64,000 nt of DNA. Source: Trueperaceae bacterium (lineage in GTDB: Bacteria > Deinococcota > Deinococci > Deinococcales > Trueperaceae). A program made the position numbers and the translations under genes. Numbering within the stretch: position 1 is the stretch's first letter; each line of letters opens with the position of its first letter. The stretch is from assembly GCA_965213705.1 (NCBI GenBank), contig OZ243913.1, forward strand, positions 1,184,001 through 1,248,000. The letters run 5' to 3'. Below are positions 61,082-64,000 of the stretch, piece by piece. The notes below the pieces were generated by a model that ran no database searches, was not told the DNA's origin, and saw only the letters and a program-made list of their open reading frames with translations.

Positions 61082-61498
61082 TTAAGTGCGAGCGATAAAA
61101 GGATTGAGTATCGCTACACCCGTTCGCTGTACATCATCTACATTCCGCGTGACCAGTGTGAGGTCACGGGTCAGGGCGGTGGCGGCGAGCAGACCATCGA
61201 CCACGGGTAAGGTAGCTGTTGCATTCAAGCGCCCCCAGGTTTCGGCAATGTCACTCGTCACGGCTAGAACCCGTTCGCGGTAATCGCGTTGCAAGGTCTC
61301 GAGCCAGCTTTCATACACTTGAGCCTGAACCGGGTCACGGAGGCGGAGGCGCTCGATGCCCTGCCGAATCTCTCCGACGACGAGCACGCTGAGGAACAGG
61401 TCGTTTCCCTCAACCGTTGTAAACCAGGTTTTGACCGCTTCGTCACCCTTGGGTTTGCGGAGTTCGGATAGGACATTGGTATCGAGCAAATAGCTCAC
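61082..61498 (-). CDS. PIN-domain (VapC/FitB-like) toxin
   Basis: YLLDTNVLSELRK, DGLLAATA, LVTRNV.D. Confidence 0.93.
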   Translation of the reverse strand: MSYLLDTNVLSELRKPKGDEAVKTWFTTVEGNDLFLSVLVVGEIRQGIERLRLRDPVQAQVYESWLETLQRDYRERVLAVTSDIAETWGRLNATATLPVVDGLLAATALTRDLTLVTRNVDDVQRTGVAILNPFIART

Positions 61499-61743
61499 AG
61501 CTCGACGGTGCGTGCGGGGTCGGAGGCGCGTTCAAGCTCGAGGTCGCTCAAGTCGGGACCCGTCAACAAAAAGGCTTTGAAGTCTCCGCCGCTGCCACTC
61601 AGCTTACGGTAAGTCTCAGCCGACACGAGTACGGCGACTTCTTCCCCGTGGCGCGTCACTACCTGTGGACCTTCTTGTTGGGCCTTGCGCACCAGTTCAC
61701 TGAACTTTTGTTTTGCCTCTTGTACTTGCCAGGTCATACTCAC
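61495..61743 (-). CDS. Phd/YefM-family antitoxin
   Basis: WQVQEAKQKFSELV...GPQVVTRHG. Confidence 0.93.
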   Translation of the reverse strand: MSMTWQVQEAKQKFSELVRKAQQEGPQVVTRHGEEVAVLVSAETYRKLSGSGGDFKAFLLTGPDLSDLELERASDPARTVEL

Positions 61744-62225
61744 CTCTGTCTAGTCTGTCCAGATTGTAACACAATCCTGGTTCTGACCCTTTATGCAGAC
61801 ACTATCAAGTGCCAGAAGGCACAGGCATTTTAAACGCCTGTCTTTTGTCAAGGTCAAAGGCGGTCACGAGGGTCGAGACACGAGGGCCGCGTTAGAATTT
61901 TGTGATGCCCCACGGCTAAGCTGTTCTTACTGAGCCCTTCTCTTCCAACGTCTTTGCTCACACGACCCCTCGAGACCAGACTTTCCGGTCACTTTCTTTT
62001 TCAGACCGGACTCACCTGTCACCCGTTTCATTTCTTTACAACCTGGAAGGCTTTACCGTCTCAGACATTGAAACAGGGACTCCAGTTCTGTGACGAGCTA
62101 CCCTTGTCCAGTGCCCACCGGCGTCAGATAAACAGTTCGCTCGCAATCAACATCCGAACTGAGCAAATCCTGATTGCTTTAGAATGCTACTAAAATAACC
62201 TTAGTGTTACAAAGGAGATAACAAC

Positions 62226-62381
62226 ATGCCCGACCAAAAAGATAAGGCCCAAGACAAAAAGGCAATGGAGCAGAGAGAAGAGCAGGGAGAGGACTTGTCA
62301 GAACATACAGTCCATGAGCCGCAACCCGGCAAGAAACCCAAGCTCGAGCGTGATGAAGATGGCAATGTTGTAAAGGACTAA
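62226..62381 (+). CDS. 51-aa highly charged small protein (not in the ORF track)
   Basis: AAAGGAG RBS; MPDQKDKAQDKKAMEQREEQGEDLSEHTVHEPQPGKKPKLERDEDGNVVKD. Confidence 0.6.
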   Translation: MPDQKDKAQDKKAMEQREEQGEDLSEHTVHEPQPGKKPKLERDEDGNVVKD

Positions 62382-62391
62382 AGGGCCATCT

Positions 62392-62813
62392 TTAGATAAA
62401 CAGTTCGCTACTCACGCCGAAGTAGGCGGCCAGTTTCTTGGCGACAGCTTTGCTGATGTCGCGGCGCTGAGCGAGGATGGCGCTCAGGGTTGGCTGGGCA
62501 ATACCCGTGTCTTTGGCAAGCCGGTAGGCGCTGATGTCGCGCTGCTCGAGGTAATAGGCGAGCATTTGGTAGGGCGCGACCTCACCTTCTAAAATATCTG
62601 CATAATGCACCTTCTCCCACTCGCCGATGTAATAAGCCACCAAGTCGTACAGGGGTGCGTGTTCGGGGTCGGTGCAGTTGTAGCTGCTGGTCAACGCGTC
62701 GGCAAAAGCCACCAGGGCCTGGTAGTGTTCCTCGGTTTGGGGCACGGCCAACACCAAGTCGTCAGCGCCTGGGAAGCTTTTGCCCAGGCGCTGACAACTT
62801 GGCTAAGACTCAT
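62392..62813 (-). pseudogene. HigA-like HTH antitoxin, frameshifted in a 5' hairpin
   Basis: TEEHYQAL, C-terminal XRE HTH (LAKDTGIAQPTLSAIL..RRDISK); leaderless ATG at 62813 is 422 nt from the stop, so out of frame. Confidence 0.75.
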
Positions 62814-63067
62814 AAAGGTAAGCATAGCAGGACTGCTGCCCGCTTCGACCCTCGGCGACCGAAGAGGTTTTGCTGTCACTGACGGTAAAACTCAGGACCT
62901 TAGAGCCTACGCCGTAGGACTTTTTGTGTTAAAATAAATCGCATACCCAGTACCTTAGGAGTCTGGATGTTCCAAGTCCGAACCCGGTGGCAGGAAGACG
63001 CAGTAGCGCGCGCTTAACAAGATGTGTGCCACGCCGCCTGGCATGTTCCCCTCGAGAGAGGTCGGTA

Positions 63068-63298
63068 ATGGCGAAGAACCCATACCCACGCAAACGCTAC
63101 CGGGGCCGCTTGTCCTACCGCCACCGCGACGTGGCCGCCTTGCTGCTGGGCCGACCCTTAAAGCCGGGCGAGGTCGTACATCACAAAAGCGGCGACCGCG
63201 ATGATTACCACCCAGACAACCTGGGCATGTTCTCGAGCGCGGGCGCACACGCGCGCTATCACGGGGTGTCCCTAGAATTGGAACGAAAACTGCGGTAG
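63068..63298 (+). CDS. Small HNH endonuclease (HNH_3-like), 3' end replaced by a MITE
   Basis: HR.VA..LLGRPL..GEVVHH..GD..D..PDNL...H..YH. Confidence 0.75.
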   Translation: MAKNPYPRKRYRGRLSYRHRDVAALLLGRPLKPGEVVHHKSGDRDDYHPDNLGMFSSAGAHARYHGVSLELERKLR

Positions 63299-63553
63299 GA
63301 ATTTGCTCACCCTCAGTTTTTCTGTCCTATCAAAGTTTCGCCTATATTTGCAAAATATCTTTTTTGACATAAATCCCAAAACTCAAAAAGTGGGATGGGT
63401 TTTGGAACGTAGTTTTTGAGACGGGTTTTGAAGCACTATAAAGCCGTTATTTGTGCGCTTTCAGTCAACATTTTTGATGTGTCACAAACCACCGTTTTAG
63501 AGACGGTTAGAGTTTGGCTACCGCACTTTCCGTACGGATTCTAGGGACACCCC
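63263..63553. mobile_element. Tn3-type MITE (~291 bp)
   Basis: IRs GGGGTGTCCCTAGAATTGGAACGAAAACTGCGGTAG and (reverse complement) GGGGTGTCCCTAGAATCCGTACGGAAAGTGCGGTAG; non-coding AT-rich interior; no TSD. Confidence 0.85.
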
Positions 63554-63636
63554 CTCTTCACCTCTTCATCGACGGGGGCTACAAACGCACCTTTCAGGAG
63601 TGCGTCGAGGGCACGCTAGGCTGGAGCGTTGAGATT
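63554..63636 (+). pseudogene. Short IS5-like transposase fragment
   Basis: HLFIDGGY...LGWSVEI. Confidence 0.5.
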
Positions 63637-63929
63637 GGACCAGCGGGGGCATTTGAACCAAGAGTTACGGTTTGAGAGCTGATTTTAGGAGCGAAACCGT
63701 AATTTTCTGTTTTAGTGATTTGAAAAACGCTAGATTTTACTGGTTAAGCAAACCAACCTCTTCTTTACCACTCTCAGACTGGTCGAAAATCCATCTACAG
63801 GAGCCCTAAACTGCGTCAGTAATGCAGTTATAGTTTCAAAGGTAAGAAATTGAGGATAGGAATCGGGTTTCTTTACTCGCACTCACCGCCCATAACCGTA
63901 GGTTCCTGTTCAGATGCGCCCGCTGGTCC
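63637..63929. mobile_element. Second MITE (~293 bp)
   Basis: IRs GGACCAGCGGGGGCATTTGAAC / GTTCAGATGCGCCCGCTGGTCC (20/22); same end family as 8913-8952. Confidence 0.8.
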
Positions 63930-64000
63930 GGAATGTACCTTTTCGGGGGTTTGGGCGAAAAACCCCAATTTACAACGGCTGGATGACTTCTGGTGTGGTG

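Noticed and set aside
1..64000. CRISPR array, rRNA or tRNA genes
   Set aside because: No regularly spaced repeat-spacer pattern or recognisable structural RNA gene seen by eye; a scan was not run

Overview
A GC-rich accessory region, probably from a Deinococcota (Truepera/Deinococcus-like) chromosome island or plasmid. That assignment is an inference from many leaderless TANNNT-N5-7-ATG gene starts and a Deinococcus-like MITE. Left to right: a secreted triple-repeat protein and small immunity-like genes; a decayed Tn3-family transposon (tnpA fragment, resolvase, MarR cargo, solo right IR at 8913-8952) carrying a complete IS1595-family element with its own passenger genes; a heterodimeric ABC exporter; two LacI-regulated sugar ABC clusters (GH63; FAD oxidoreductase); a ~15 kb defence island (GmrSD, type I R-M with frameshifted hsdS and hsdR, YhcG nuclease, M48 peptidase, and a three-gene CBASS of patatin + CD-NTase + stand-alone E2 with a Zn-finger tail); a ROK-regulated GH31 cluster resembling cycloalternan utilisation; a duplicated-domain CoiA-like nuclease; a tyrosine recombinase with a dif-like site; three PIN toxin-antitoxin pairs plus a broken HigA; and two adjacent ~290 bp MITEs. 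The best candidates for something new are the E2-only CBASS whose cyclase has no C-terminal glycine, the cargo-bearing IS1595 with a structured non-coding RNA region, and the CoiA-like nuclease/recombinase module. All calls come from reading motifs by eye; no database searches were run.
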